From: Candidatus Thorarchaeota archaeon
Lineage (GTDB): Archaea; Asgardarchaeota; Thorarchaeia; Thorarchaeales; Thorarchaeaceae
Direction: 5' to 3'
DNA: 64,000 bases
Assembly: GCA_016933575.1 (NCBI GenBank)
Contig: JAFGAR010000040.1
Location: forward strand, 32,001 to 96,000
The notes under the pieces were generated by a model. It saw only the letters and a program-made list of their open reading frames with translations, did no database searches and had not been told where the DNA came from. Made by a program: the position numbers and the translations under genes. This document shows positions 37,592 to 47,715 of the stretch, piece after piece; positions within the stretch are counted from its first letter, which is position 1, and each line of letters opens with the position of its first letter.

Positions 37592-40500
37592 ATGCACATA
37601 ATGAGTGATGACACATTAAGTAAATCAATGCCGGTGCTCCGGCAGAGTCTTGGCCTCACAGAGGCTGAGGCAACAACAATCGTACCAATCTACTTGGGTG
37701 GTAATATGACAGCTGGAGGCGTATCTCTCCTGACAGGCGAGAAACTAACCACTGTCACTAAGACCCTGAGTCGTCTTGTTGAGAAAGGATTGGTCAAGGA
37801 AATTCCTGGAATTGTACCAGTATATCGCGCTTTGGCTCCAAGCCTTGCTCTATCAGGTACTTTGAGTGAATCTCTAAAGGAAGTAACAAGCCTTGTTAAT
37901 GAATCCGAAAAGATTCTATTAACCCGGATAACCCAAACTGATGAAGCTATCGAAAAGACAATTGATTCACAGAATAAGACCATCAATGAAATTAGGACTT
38001 CTCTTACTTCTTATGAAGAAAACATCCTTAATCTTGTAAAGAGTCAGATCGAACAGGTTGTATCAACAACAACAAACACAATGACGAGTTTCTCTGATGA
38101 GATTGAGCAGGCAATGATTGGACTGGATACCATCTTAGATGAAAATCTAGGCTCCAAATTGCTAGAGCTTCAAGGAGAAATCGACAAGGCACAACTAGCC
38201 TTAGAGAAAGATATGAAGACTACTGTTCGAGATTTCGATAAATGGTTGAAACCTGAGAGAAAGAGCACATTTAACTCGATAACTGAATTCGGGACTAAAT
38301 CTGGCTCAATTGTCGCGTCTGCGAAGGCTACTGTAACAAAAGCGCTCTCAAAGTCTTCTGAGTCGATTCATGCTCTAGCGCGTGATATATCTGAGCATCT
38401 CACATCCTTAGCATCAACAGCTTCTGATGAAGGTCTCGCAGTACTCAATGAAGTCTCAAAGGAAATCTCTCAATTATTGAATAATCTCGATGGTGAATTA
38501 AGTCAAGCTTACCTGACAGGGCAGGAGTCACTCAAGGAAGTCATCACTCAAGCACGATCTATTTCAAAGGAATATGGTGAGTTTGCTAAGAACCGAATTG
38601 GCGACGCTGTAGAGATTGCAGACTCTGTATGCAACGTTGTAGAAGATTGGAAAAATGAGGTTTCTGGATTTATGGAGGTTGCATCCCAGTCCGTAACATC
38701 CCAACTCAACCAAGTTGCATCAACTGATGCCAAATATCTTGAAGCGACAAAGACTGCACTTACCCTACATATTGACAAAGTCAATGGCGTATTAAGTGAT
38801 GAATATGGACAACTCATCTCTCTTACAACAGTACTTGGGAACGAGTGTGAGAACTCTCTTGCTGAAAATCGTACATTAGTACTCGAACTTCTTCAGGCTC
38901 AAATTGATAGTGAGCAAACATCATGTGAATCTGCTCAGACGCAACTTGATTCTGCATTGAATCAATGGGTGGGTGATACTGTTGTGTTGATTGAGAAGAG
39001 ATTGAAGGAGACATCAGCTGATGTGTCTAGTATCTTAGGTACTGAAATTTCTGAATTGAATTCTATCTCGGATACTATGAATAGTCGACTGAAATCTGCC
39101 TTCAATTCGGTCATTAAAAGCACATCTACTAAGAATGAGTCTCTAATTACATCCTTAAAACAGACAACCCATGACTTTGAAGCAAATATTGGTTCAAGAC
39201 TTGAGGAACTAATCTCCAGTTTCACAACCGCAACAGAAAATCAGGTCAGAGAGTCGAAGGAGCTATATGAGGGACTGAGAAATAGACTTGATCAACGCAT
39301 GTCACAAAGTGTGAATGCAATCAGTACACAGTCAGAACGCATTCAGAAAGAGATTGGCAATATCATCACAGAGCAAAACGATCGAATAGAACAACATACT
39401 CTGGTCATAAGAAACGAATTTCATTCACGTCTTGAGGAGATCACTACGCAGTTCATAAGTCTCACGCAAGGTCTCGAAGCCACTTTCAATGGATTACTCT
39501 CAGCACAGACAGTCGAAGCACGTGATATCATTGCATCTGCACATTCAGAATTTCGTAACTCATTGAAAAACGAGGTTGCACACCTCAAAGATGATTCTGT
39601 GAAGTTACAACAAGAATATTCAGCTGAACTTGTTCTTAAAGTTGAAGAGGTCGCTTCCTCAGTTTCCTCTGCTAAGAAGACTCTAGAAGAATTATTAGTT
39701 GATAAACGGACAGAGATTTCAGAGAATATGCAGAAGACCCTTACAGATCTTGAGTCTATTATCCGCAGTACTGAAGAGAGTCTGCGTGATATAGAATCAG
39801 GTACTGTTAAGCAGTTCATTGAAAACATGGAACAAGTATCCCAAGAGTTCAATGTAACTGTTGAGGGAGCGAGTGCAAACATCTCAGAACGTCTGGACAA
39901 TATCCGTGCACTGACTGCTTCGTCTCTTGAGAAAAGTGTAATTAATGCAAAGAAGATAGCTGACGAGTTCGTTCAAGAACAGAAGAATCAGAAACAACGA
40001 TTCCTCGCTGATACTAGTAAAAAGATGAACCGGTTATCTACCAAGAGCGTTAAAGATTCTGCAGGAAAGATTGAAGCATTTCAGACTGAACTTTCTGAAC
40101 GTCAGACAATTGGTGTCAAAGATCGAAGTACAGCAAAGGAGGATGTTCTAGCTGCTGTTGAAACAAGACGTGCTGAAGTGGCCAATGCGTTTGATGCTGC
40201 AGCGACATGGGTCGATTCATCGGTAGCGAATGTAGCAACTTCTCTTGATGCTTTTGGTACTAAGTTGAAGAATGAACTTACCATCATGCAGAAAGGATTG
40301 CAGAAATCAGCTAACGAAGCATCCACAGCCATAGAGGAACGCGGCGATTCAGATATGGATATCTTTGAAGAAATGGTGATTACTCTGCTTCAGAATGCCG
40401 AATCACTCGTAACTGCACGACTAAACGATTTCGGTGATAGTGCTGCTGATGCATTATCCGAAAGTAACGATTCATTTACATCGCTACCAACAAAGATTGG

Positions 40501-41494
40501 AGACGATTTAGCTAAATTGGAATCATTAATCTCTGAAAAGACATCGAAGGATTACAGTTCCATTTCTGGTGACTTAGCAACATCCTTCACCGAGTTTATC
40601 AGAAATGCTGAATCTGCATCTGAGGACTTGAAACAACTAGTTGAGAACATCTCAGTCAATATCACAGAGAAACGTGATGAAATAGTAGAACAGGCAAAAA
40701 GAAATGCAGAACTATCGAATCAACATGCGTCTCGCAAGTTCGAATCAATCGGTTTAGAGTTGAAGACCCAACTCAGCACAGATACGTCTCGGCTCCTTGA
40801 GAATGCTAGGTCTACATTTTCTGCAAAGAACCTTGAGATTAATGATACAGTTACAAAGGTGACGAACACAATCAATGAGGAAACCTCTAGTTTCAAACAG
40901 AAACGAACTGAGGCTTTATCTCAATTTGGCGAGCAGAGCGAGAAAGCACTCAAACGTTGGTCTAGTGAACAAAAAGACCAGATGAATGCACTGAAGACTA
41001 AGATTCTTGAAACAATTAATGGCGTCACAGAGCAGACTCAATCAACAATCAGTATGTTGGATGCTATCCACAGTATCACTGATTCTATGATCCGAGAACC
41101 TTCGAAGAGAACATGGTATCTCTCAGGCACTGAGGAAATCTATGCTCACATAGTGGACATGGCAAATAGAGCTGAGGAATCTATTGTCATCTCACTTATT
41201 GACATTGCATCTATCGACCTCAAGAAGCTTGGTAAGGTGAAACAAGCAAAGCGTCGCGTGCTAATTGTTCCTGAAAGTGAAGACCCTGATCCTGCTCTCG
41301 AAACATTGGATGGTTGGCGAATATGGCAAACTAAGAATCCAATGCTCTTATCAATTGCAGATGATAAAGAGCTCTTAGTAGGCGGTGCAACTGACTCAAA
41401 GGACCTAGTAGCTCTGATATCTGAACATGATACATATCTTCGTCTATACCATGATGTTATAGGCCCTCGTTTGGTCAAGAGTAGAGTGACTTGA
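37592..41494 (+). CDS. Giant TrmB-like protein: N-terminal wHTH, about 1100-aa helical rod, C-terminal TrmB effector/PLD-like domain
   Basis: LGLTEAEA...TAGGVS...LSRLVEKGLV...YRALAP; C-terminal TWYLSGTEEIYAHIVDMANRAEESIVI...IADDKELLVG. Confidence 0.75.
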   Translation: MHIMSDDTLSKSMPVLRQSLGLTEAEATTIVPIYLGGNMTAGGVSLLTGEKLTTVTKTLSRLVEKGLVKEIPGIVPVYRALAPSLALSGTLSESLKEVTSLVNESEKILLTRITQTDEAIEKTIDSQNKTINEIRTSLTSYEENILNLVKSQIEQVVSTTTNTMTSFSDEIEQAMIGLDTILDENLGSKLLELQGEIDKAQLALEKDMKTTVRDFDKWLKPERKSTFNSITEFGTKSGSIVASAKATVTKALSKSSESIHALARDISEHLTSLASTASDEGLAVLNEVSKEISQLLNNLDGELSQAYLTGQESLKEVITQARSISKEYGEFAKNRIGDAVEIADSVCNVVEDWKNEVSGFMEVASQSVTSQLNQVASTDAKYLEATKTALTLHIDKVNGVLSDEYGQLISLTTVLGNECENSLAENRTLVLELLQAQIDSEQTSCESAQTQLDSALNQWVGDTVVLIEKRLKETSADVSSILGTEISELNSISDTMNSRLKSAFNSVIKSTSTKNESLITSLKQTTHDFEANIGSRLEELISSFTTATENQVRESKELYEGLRNRLDQRMSQSVNAISTQSERIQKEIGNIITEQNDRIEQHTLVIRNEFHSRLEEITTQFISLTQGLEATFNGLLSAQTVEARDIIASAHSEFRNSLKNEVAHLKDDSVKLQQEYSAELVLKVEEVASSVSSAKKTLEELLVDKRTEISENMQKTLTDLESIIRSTEESLRDIESGTVKQFIENMEQVSQEFNVTVEGASANISERLDNIRALTASSLEKSVINAKKIADEFVQEQKNQKQRFLADTSKKMNRLSTKSVKDSAGKIEAFQTELSERQTIGVKDRSTAKEDVLAAVETRRAEVANAFDAAATWVDSSVANVATSLDAFGTKLKNELTIMQKGLQKSANEASTAIEERGDSDMDIFEEMVITLLQNAESLVTARLNDFGDSAADALSESNDSFTSLPTKIGDDLAKLESLISEKTSKDYSSISGDLATSFTEFIRNAESASEDLKQLVENISVNITEKRDEIVEQAKRNAELSNQHASRKFESIGLELKTQLSTDTSRLLENARSTFSAKNLEINDTVTKVTNTINEETSSFKQKRTEALSQFGEQSEKALKRWSSEQKDQMNALKTKILETINGVTEQTQSTISMLDAIHSITDSMIREPSKRTWYLSGTEEIYAHIVDMANRAEESIVISLIDIASIDLKKLGKVKQAKRRVLIVPESEDPDPALETLDGWRIWQTKNPMLLSIADDKELLVGGATDSKDLVALISEHDTYLRLYHDVIGPRLVKSRVT

Positions 41495-41965
41495 TTAAAA
41501 ATCGATAGCATAGATGATAGCGTCTTCGTCGTCGTAGTAACCTACGCTTCTATCGACAGCTATCATCCCTACCTTTTCATAGAGATGTCTAGCTCCTTTA
41601 TTGCTCTCTCTCACTTCGAGATCACAGGTCTCTATTCCTGATTGTTTCATATGTTTGAAAGCAAATTCTAGCAGAGAAAGTCCATTTCCTCTATTTCTTT
41701 GATCAGAAGCCACAGCAAGGTTCAAGATATGTGCGTGTTGGTATTCAGAACATTCATCCCATACAATATACCCAACGATTCTCTTCTCACTTGCTATTAC
41801 AATCATAAATACAGTAACAAATTCATCTACTTGGTAAATTCCTTTTTTCGAAATAATTTCGTGAAAGATATTCTGGCTCCATGGTGTCGAGAAGCAATTT
41901 CGTTCTAATGTCATAATATGACTAATATCGCTCAATATTGGTTGACGAAATCCATGGACTATCAT
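41495..41965 (-). CDS. rimI: RimI/Ard1-like N-acetyltransferase
   Basis: LERNCFSTPWS, HILNLAV, LEVRESNKGARHLYEK, YYDDEDA. Confidence 0.85.
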   Translation of the reverse strand: MIVHGFRQPILSDISHIMTLERNCFSTPWSQNIFHEIISKKGIYQVDEFVTVFMIVIASEKRIVGYIVWDECSEYQHAHILNLAVASDQRNRGNGLSLLEFAFKHMKQSGIETCDLEVRESNKGARHLYEKVGMIAVDRSVGYYDDEDAIIYAIDF

Positions 41966-41984
41966 TTGTCAATGCCCCGTCATT

Positions 41985-42350
41985 CTATATATCATTGTCC
42001 AGTCCATCACCTTGGAGGATTATTTCTCCACAGTATGGACAGAAAGATGAATCATCTGGTATTGCTTCAAAGCAGTAATCGCATCTTCTTGAATATAGAA
42101 CCTGTTCGTTTCTACTTCTACTACAACTGATAAGCGGATAGAGCGCAAAAGATACGAATAATACTGTGAATAGTAAAATGAAAAGGAGACCGGATGGTTC
42201 AGAAGCACTAAAGAAGAAGAAAGGGAAGATATAGAATAGTCCTCCTTCTGTTGAAGAAGTCACAGCTATAATGAAGGCTCCCGATATCACAAGCAGAAAT
42301 CCCAAAATCAGAGTATTTTGTGAACCTTTCACAGGAGTCCAACTCCTCAT
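41985..42350 (-). CDS. Small membrane protein with a C-terminal Zn ribbon
   Basis: Hydrophobic helices; CDYC...FCPYCG. Confidence 0.7.
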   Translation of the reverse strand: MRSWTPVKGSQNTLILGFLLVISGAFIIAVTSSTEGGLFYIFPFFFFSASEPSGLLFILLFTVLFVSFALYPLISCSRSRNEQVLYSRRCDYCFEAIPDDSSFCPYCGEIILQGDGLDNDI

Positions 42351-42357
42351 TTGACTT

Positions 42358-42717
42358 CTACATCATTCCACGACTCTTCATCTGCTCTACGATACTGTGA
42401 TACTTCTGATTGTCACTAATCATATCATTGACTTGAGCCTCTAATGAATGCGAACCCGGCAAAACAAGGACTTCGATCTTTTTGTCAGGATATACCGATT
42501 CTAGTCTATTCCGAATTAAGACTCCAATCAAACCACCCATAGGACAATAGGGAACTGTGGGCTTGAACTGGACTTTGATCGTATCGCCTTCTATTTCGAT
42601 GTAGTCTTCTTGAACAATTGACATCTGTGGATCTGTAATTGATATTGGATGTTCTGGATCCATTACTGGTTCGAGTGCTTTGAAGACTTCTCCAATTGTT
42701 GCCAAATTAATCGCCAA
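42358..42717 (-). CDS. DUF59/MIP18 Fe-S assembly protein, CIA2 (FAM96)-like
   Basis: DPEHP, FKPTVPYCPMGGLIG, PGSHSLEAQVN. Confidence 0.85.
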   Translation of the reverse strand: MAINLATIGEVFKALEPVMDPEHPISITDPQMSIVQEDYIEIEGDTIKVQFKPTVPYCPMGGLIGVLIRNRLESVYPDKKIEVLVLPGSHSLEAQVNDMISDNQKYHSIVEQMKSRGMM

Positions 42718-42895
42718 GAAGATGCCCCTTTCAAGTCTGCTTAATAATCTATGGCTTCTACTATTTCATTGACCATTTTCTCTCGAAATAGATGGCTACA
42801 CAAGGTATATCTAGCAAAGCACTCCATTGAATTTTAATTCACTAAATAGAACTTAGACTAATTGGCTGGTTAGCTGCTCTGGAGATAAGGAAATC

Positions 42896-43351
42896 ATGGC
42901 TCCTGCAAAAAAGAAAACTACCACACCAAGAAAGAAGTATCTGTTTAAAATCACAGTTGTTGGACCTGATGATAGACTGTTGGAACAGGTTCTCTCTACC
43001 TTCGACCCCGTCGTTGCAGTTGATGGAATTCGAATAGGTTCAACTGAAGTCGATCTTGACTCGTCAGAGATACATGCAGTCTTTATGTCGCCCCGTCATT
43101 CAGCATTAGATATACTCCTGGCTCTCACATACAAAGGGGCAAGTGCAGCTATCATTGTTCTCAGAGAATCTGATCCTGAGATAGAAACTATCTACAGAAA
43201 TGAAATTCGTGAGAATCTAGGTTCAGGCATACCAACGCGTGTAGTAACAATAGGCAGCACTCTTGATGATTACAAGATTAATGAGATACAGCACACATTT
43301 GATGATGTCATCTCTGAGATACTGGCAATGAAAACAAAAAAGGGGTCATAG
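42896..43351 (+). CDS. Rab/Ras-like fold protein lacking the P-loop (pseudo-GTPase)
   Basis: KYLFKITVVG and YKGASAAIIV match Rab strand 1 and YYRGA; no GxxxxGKS or NKxD. Confidence 0.5.
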   Translation: MAPAKKKTTTPRKKYLFKITVVGPDDRLLEQVLSTFDPVVAVDGIRIGSTEVDLDSSEIHAVFMSPRHSALDILLALTYKGASAAIIVLRESDPEIETIYRNEIRENLGSGIPTRVVTIGSTLDDYKINEIQHTFDDVISEILAMKTKKGS

Positions 43352-43399
43352 TACAAACCTTTTTTTCAATTCCAAACTCCAAAAACTCGGTGTTCTACA

Positions 43400-44491
43400 G
43401 TGAGTTCTGAAAATCCCGAAAATAAGAAACCCGATGAATATTGGATGGGCGTACGAGATGCGCTGAGAATGGTTGATAGTTTCAATAAATGGGCACAACG
43501 CAATCCTGGTAGAGCAAAGAGTCTCGAGGATTTCATACATGATGGACTCATTGCAGCAGCTAAGCGGTGTGAATCATGCCTCCGTGAGAAACTTGGTCTA
43601 AGTTTTGTTGAGGATTCAGATGATGTGGAAGAAGTTACCATACCCGTTGAATCTAGCACCTTTATGGGAGAAGAAGAAATTATACCTGAGTTCGAATCTA
43701 CTCCTGAGATTGAATTTAGCCATTCATCCGAGGATATTCCTGAACCCCCTGATGAAGTATCTGTACCTCTGGAAAGTTCTGTATCTGTATCAGAAGCTGA
43801 GTCACCTATTGATTATGAAGATGAATTGGTTTCTCTTGATAATGTTGGAAGACTAGAAGATGATTCTATGAACGATCTAGATATAACAGGTCCTCCACGT
43901 GATTTCACGAGTGATTTTAGACTTGTAGAACCTAAACCTCTGGTAGTAGATGAAGAAGAACCAGAAACACAGACTCTCCATCAAATAGAAACCCCTGATG
44001 ATATTCTGTTAGATGAATCTGATGACCTTGATGAATCCGAGGAATTTCTTGATGAAGTGACACGCGATAACCTCGAAGAAGAAACAACATCCGAAGTAGA
44101 ACCTGAAGAAAGTCATGAAAAAACTTCGTTTACATGGTCCGATTATGAGGCTGCTGTGACACCAGTAGTAGAACCTGAACCTGCGGATGTTGAGGAAGAG
44201 GAACCAAGTCTTGAAGAGGAAGCATTTCATGAATCACCAGAAACTACAGAAGATTCTGAATCTACAGAACCACCCAAGGTCTGGACTCCCTATGACGAAC
44301 CATCTCTCCCTGAAGAAGATGTCTTTGAGGATGAGGATGATCTCCAAGATGCAGAAGTAGCTGAAAATGATGAATCTGATAGCTCTTCAGAGCCAATCAT
44401 TGAACCTCCAGCACCTCCGCCACCCCCGGAGAGCGAGGAAGATGAGGAAGAACGCCGCCGACGGGCTCGAAGGCTATTCTTTGGAGCTTAG
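43400..44491 (+). CDS. Acidic intrinsically disordered protein with a polyproline C-terminus
   Basis: Short helical N-domain with CESC; long E/D/P/S tract; PPAPPPPPE...RRRRARRLFFGA. Confidence 0.75.
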   Translation: MSSENPENKKPDEYWMGVRDALRMVDSFNKWAQRNPGRAKSLEDFIHDGLIAAAKRCESCLREKLGLSFVEDSDDVEEVTIPVESSTFMGEEEIIPEFESTPEIEFSHSSEDIPEPPDEVSVPLESSVSVSEAESPIDYEDELVSLDNVGRLEDDSMNDLDITGPPRDFTSDFRLVEPKPLVVDEEEPETQTLHQIETPDDILLDESDDLDESEEFLDEVTRDNLEEETTSEVEPEESHEKTSFTWSDYEAAVTPVVEPEPADVEEEEPSLEEEAFHESPETTEDSESTEPPKVWTPYDEPSLPEEDVFEDEDDLQDAEVAENDESDSSSEPIIEPPAPPPPPESEEDEEERRRRARRLFFGA

Positions 44492-45519
44492 TCTGGTTGT
44501 CCTAAAATTTCCTCGTAGAACTGAATGGCACTCTCGGGAGTACTAGCTCCCTTTATTATTGCACTACCTGTAGGCATTAGAGTGATCTTTTCTCCTGAAG
44601 GCTTTTCAACTATCAAATATCGTTTCGCCAATTTGTGGGAGTATGATTTCTTCAGCTTAGTTGATATCTGCTTGAGGTCAATTGACAATATAGTATGTGG
44701 CGAGATATTGTAGCTTTCAGAGCATAGATGGGTGATTACAAGATCTTGCTGTTCCTCTTCTACTGTACCAACTGGTTTTGAACACACAGGACAATCACTC
44801 ACTTTCCCTACGTCAAAGAAATCGAAACTGAGAAACGACGAGTCAATTGTCATCAGTCGATTTGCTAGTTGAGTCTGATGCCCTGTAGCTAAAAGAATTG
44901 CTTCATTGACCTCTATAGAAGATGCCAGATGCAGAAGGACCGGAGAAACGCCTACTCGTGCGCAGGTATTTTCTGGATTGTCATCTGCGTTTCCCATTAC
45001 ACACTGCAAGCACCCAGTCTGTCCAGGGATGAAAGTCGAAAGGTTAGCATAGTGCTCGATAGCACCAGCAAATATGTAGGGAATATCCAGTTCAAGACTT
45101 GCTCTATTCACTGCTCTGCGTGTTCTAAAAGAGTCCAATCCATCCAGAATTATATCAGACCCACGTAAAAGGTCGCTTGCATTTCCTTCTCCTATTGAGA
45201 TGACCCTGGGTTCAAATTTCACCTCAGGATTCATAGCAGCAAGGTTTGTTGCTGCAATCTCTGCTTTTGGTTTACCAATATCTTCTGTGTTGTAGACAGT
45301 CTGTCTTTGGATATTCGATAATTCCACCACATCTCTGTCAATAATTCGAATGGTTCCAAAACCAATTGCTGTGAGAAGGCGTAGTGCAGGACTTCCAAGG
45401 CCTCCAGCACCTACTACTGCCACAGTTGTTTTTATAATTGACTCCATATCGTTTTCACTGAAGTCCCTTAGAGCCAACATTCGGGAGTATCGCTCCCTTT
45501 GATTCTTTGTTAGTGTCAT
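44488..45519 (-). CDS. moeB: ThiF/MoeB E1-like adenylyltransferase
   Basis: RYSR, VVGAGGLG, DRDVVELSNIQRQ, CLQC, TCARVG, CPVC. Confidence 0.9.
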   Translation of the reverse strand: MTLTKNQRERYSRMLALRDFSENDMESIIKTTVAVVGAGGLGSPALRLLTAIGFGTIRIIDRDVVELSNIQRQTVYNTEDIGKPKAEIAATNLAAMNPEVKFEPRVISIGEGNASDLLRGSDIILDGLDSFRTRRAVNRASLELDIPYIFAGAIEHYANLSTFIPGQTGCLQCVMGNADDNPENTCARVGVSPVLLHLASSIEVNEAILLATGHQTQLANRLMTIDSSFLSFDFFDVGKVSDCPVCSKPVGTVEEEQQDLVITHLCSESYNISPHTILSIDLKQISTKLKKSYSHKLAKRYLIVEKPSGEKITLMPTGSAIIKGASTPESAIQFYEEILGQPD

Positions 45520-45579
45520 CCCACGATAAATAGACACAATGCACTCACTTAAAGCCTTGGACATCATCATCCCCTAGAT

Positions 45580-46404
45580 ATGGAGTACACATCAGAGGTT
45601 GCTATAGGACTTCGTAAAACTGTGAGTGAATCTTTGGATGCAGCTCTTTCAAAGCTCTCCAAAAGACTAGATATTCCAACGTCAATCTCACAAGTCCTAA
45701 TCAAGCCATCAATCTATGATCCTACCCTCGTCGGAAATACCGACGTCAATCTGGTAAGAGCTGTCATTAGCAAGTTCACTAACCTCGGACCCGTGTTTGT
45801 TGTAGAGAGTGATAATCCTGTTAGGACAACACATTTTGCTTTTGAAAAATGCGGATACACATCCTTGGTCTCAGCAGATGTATCATTAGTCAACCTATCC
45901 GAAATACCGACCTCGAGTGTCAAGATGCCTGGTTATTGTTTCAATGAACACGAAATGCCTACACTGCTATCTCAATCGAACTTCTTCATCAACATTCCCA
46001 CAGTAAAACTTGAACCCAATATCTGTACTATAGGTGGTGGCGTTAAGAATCTCTTTGGTCTTCTTCCAGAGAAAGACAAACGTCATTATCACTCCAATAT
46101 AGATACAGTCCTACTTGATCTTCTATCGGTATACCAACCGCATCTCACAATCGTTGACATGTCAACTCTGGTGATCGGAGACCGAGAAAATGCGAAGACC
46201 AAACACATCGGTGCTGTCATTGTGGGAACCGATTCAATAGCTGTAGATTCTTTTTGTGCTAGTTTAATGGATATAGATCCACTGAAGATTGCACACCTAA
46301 AACGTGCGTATGAACTTGGTCTTGGTGAGGCAATTTTAGATAGAATACGAATAAGTGGTACAGAAACGCAAATTGAACGATTATTCGAGCTTTGCAGAGT
46401 TTGA
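45580..46404 (+). CDS. DUF362 domain protein
   Basis: VLIKP, INIPTVK, GVKNLFG, DSIAVD. Confidence 0.75.
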   Translation: MEYTSEVAIGLRKTVSESLDAALSKLSKRLDIPTSISQVLIKPSIYDPTLVGNTDVNLVRAVISKFTNLGPVFVVESDNPVRTTHFAFEKCGYTSLVSADVSLVNLSEIPTSSVKMPGYCFNEHEMPTLLSQSNFFINIPTVKLEPNICTIGGGVKNLFGLLPEKDKRHYHSNIDTVLLDLLSVYQPHLTIVDMSTLVIGDRENAKTKHIGAVIVGTDSIAVDSFCASLMDIDPLKIAHLKRAYELGLGEAILDRIRISGTETQIERLFELCRV

Positions 46405-46497
46405 CAGAACGGAATGCATTTATTTAGATAAATATAACCAGCGAAATTGCAGCGTAGATTAATGAATCTATTCTGGTCATCAATGGTCGTGTCTTAT

Positions 46498-47664
46498 ATG
46501 GACTGGACATCTCATACGATGGAGCGAATACCCGAATCTGGCACTTTACGGATGTTTGACCTGGCTAAGAAGCTAGAACGAAACGGGAAAAAGATCTATC
46601 ATTTTGAAGTTGGTCAACCTGATTATCCCACTCCTGATAATATTGCAAAAGCAGGCATAGAGGCTATCACGAAAGGCTTCACTAGGTATACTCCTGCTAG
46701 AGGTATTCCCCCCCTTCTCGATGCAATAGAAGACTCCTATAAATCACGAAATATCGATATTGATGGTTCAAAACATGTCATCGTAACGCCTGGTGCAAAG
46801 ATGGCACTGTTCCAGGGATTTCTAAGTAGCCTTGATGCAGGCGATGATGTTCTTCTTCTTGCTCCAGCTTGGCCAACTTATCGAGTAATGATACGCACAG
46901 TGAATGCAAAACCAGTTGATGTGTGTATGAAACCTGACCATACTCTCAATGAAGAAGCACTGAAGCATGCTATTGCTCGCACTGTTAGTGCTCTGATTAT
47001 TAATACTCCAAATAATCCTTCTGGAGGCGTTCTAACTAAAGAGGACATGAAGGTCATTCACGATTTGGCAATGGATCATGATTTTGTTGTTTTCTCTGAT
47101 GAGATCTATGAGATGCTGGTCTATGAAGGTTTCAAACAGACATCTATGCTCGAAGTCGATCCTAATCTGGAACGTTCCCTCATAATCAATGGTTTTAGCA
47201 AGACATATGCAATGACTGGCTGGAGACTTGGATATGCTATAGGAAATGAGGAGACCATCTCAAATATGGTTAGAATTCAACAAAACACAACCTCTTGTGC
47301 TACTTCCTTTGTCCAATATGCTGGTGTTGAGGCTCTCACTGGTGATCAGAGTTCAATTGAGAGAATGGTCCAAGAATACCAGAAGCGCCGCGATGAGATT
47401 ACTCGCCTCTTTAATAATATTGAAGGTGTTGGATGCATTAATCCCATGGGTGCATTCTATGTATTTCCTGACTTCTCTGAATATGGTCTAAGTAGTACAA
47501 CGCTTGCTGAGCTGATACTCAAGAAGATCGGTGTTTGTACGACTCCTGGAGTTGCATTTGGAGCGAAGTACGACAATTTCCTGAGGTTTTCATATGCTAC
47601 ATCTCTTCCTGAGATACGAGAGGGGATGGAGAAATTAGCAGAATTCCTGCCTACGCTCTTATAA
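46498..47664 (+). CDS. Aspartate aminotransferase, class I/II
   Basis: GQPD, NTPNNPSG, SDEIY, GFSKTYAMTGWRLG. Confidence 0.93.
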   Translation: MDWTSHTMERIPESGTLRMFDLAKKLERNGKKIYHFEVGQPDYPTPDNIAKAGIEAITKGFTRYTPARGIPPLLDAIEDSYKSRNIDIDGSKHVIVTPGAKMALFQGFLSSLDAGDDVLLLAPAWPTYRVMIRTVNAKPVDVCMKPDHTLNEEALKHAIARTVSALIINTPNNPSGGVLTKEDMKVIHDLAMDHDFVVFSDEIYEMLVYEGFKQTSMLEVDPNLERSLIINGFSKTYAMTGWRLGYAIGNEETISNMVRIQQNTTSCATSFVQYAGVEALTGDQSSIERMVQEYQKRRDEITRLFNNIEGVGCINPMGAFYVFPDFSEYGLSSTTLAELILKKIGVCTTPGVAFGAKYDNFLRFSYATSLPEIREGMEKLAEFLPTLL

Positions 47665-47715
47665 GCTAAAAGTTGTTTAAATTACTCACTAATAATAGAG
47701 CTCGAGTAATTTCAA

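Noticed and set aside
37592-41494. SMC/Rad50 or chemoreceptor call for the 1300-aa protein
   Set aside because: No Walker A/B, signature motif or MCP hairpin motif.
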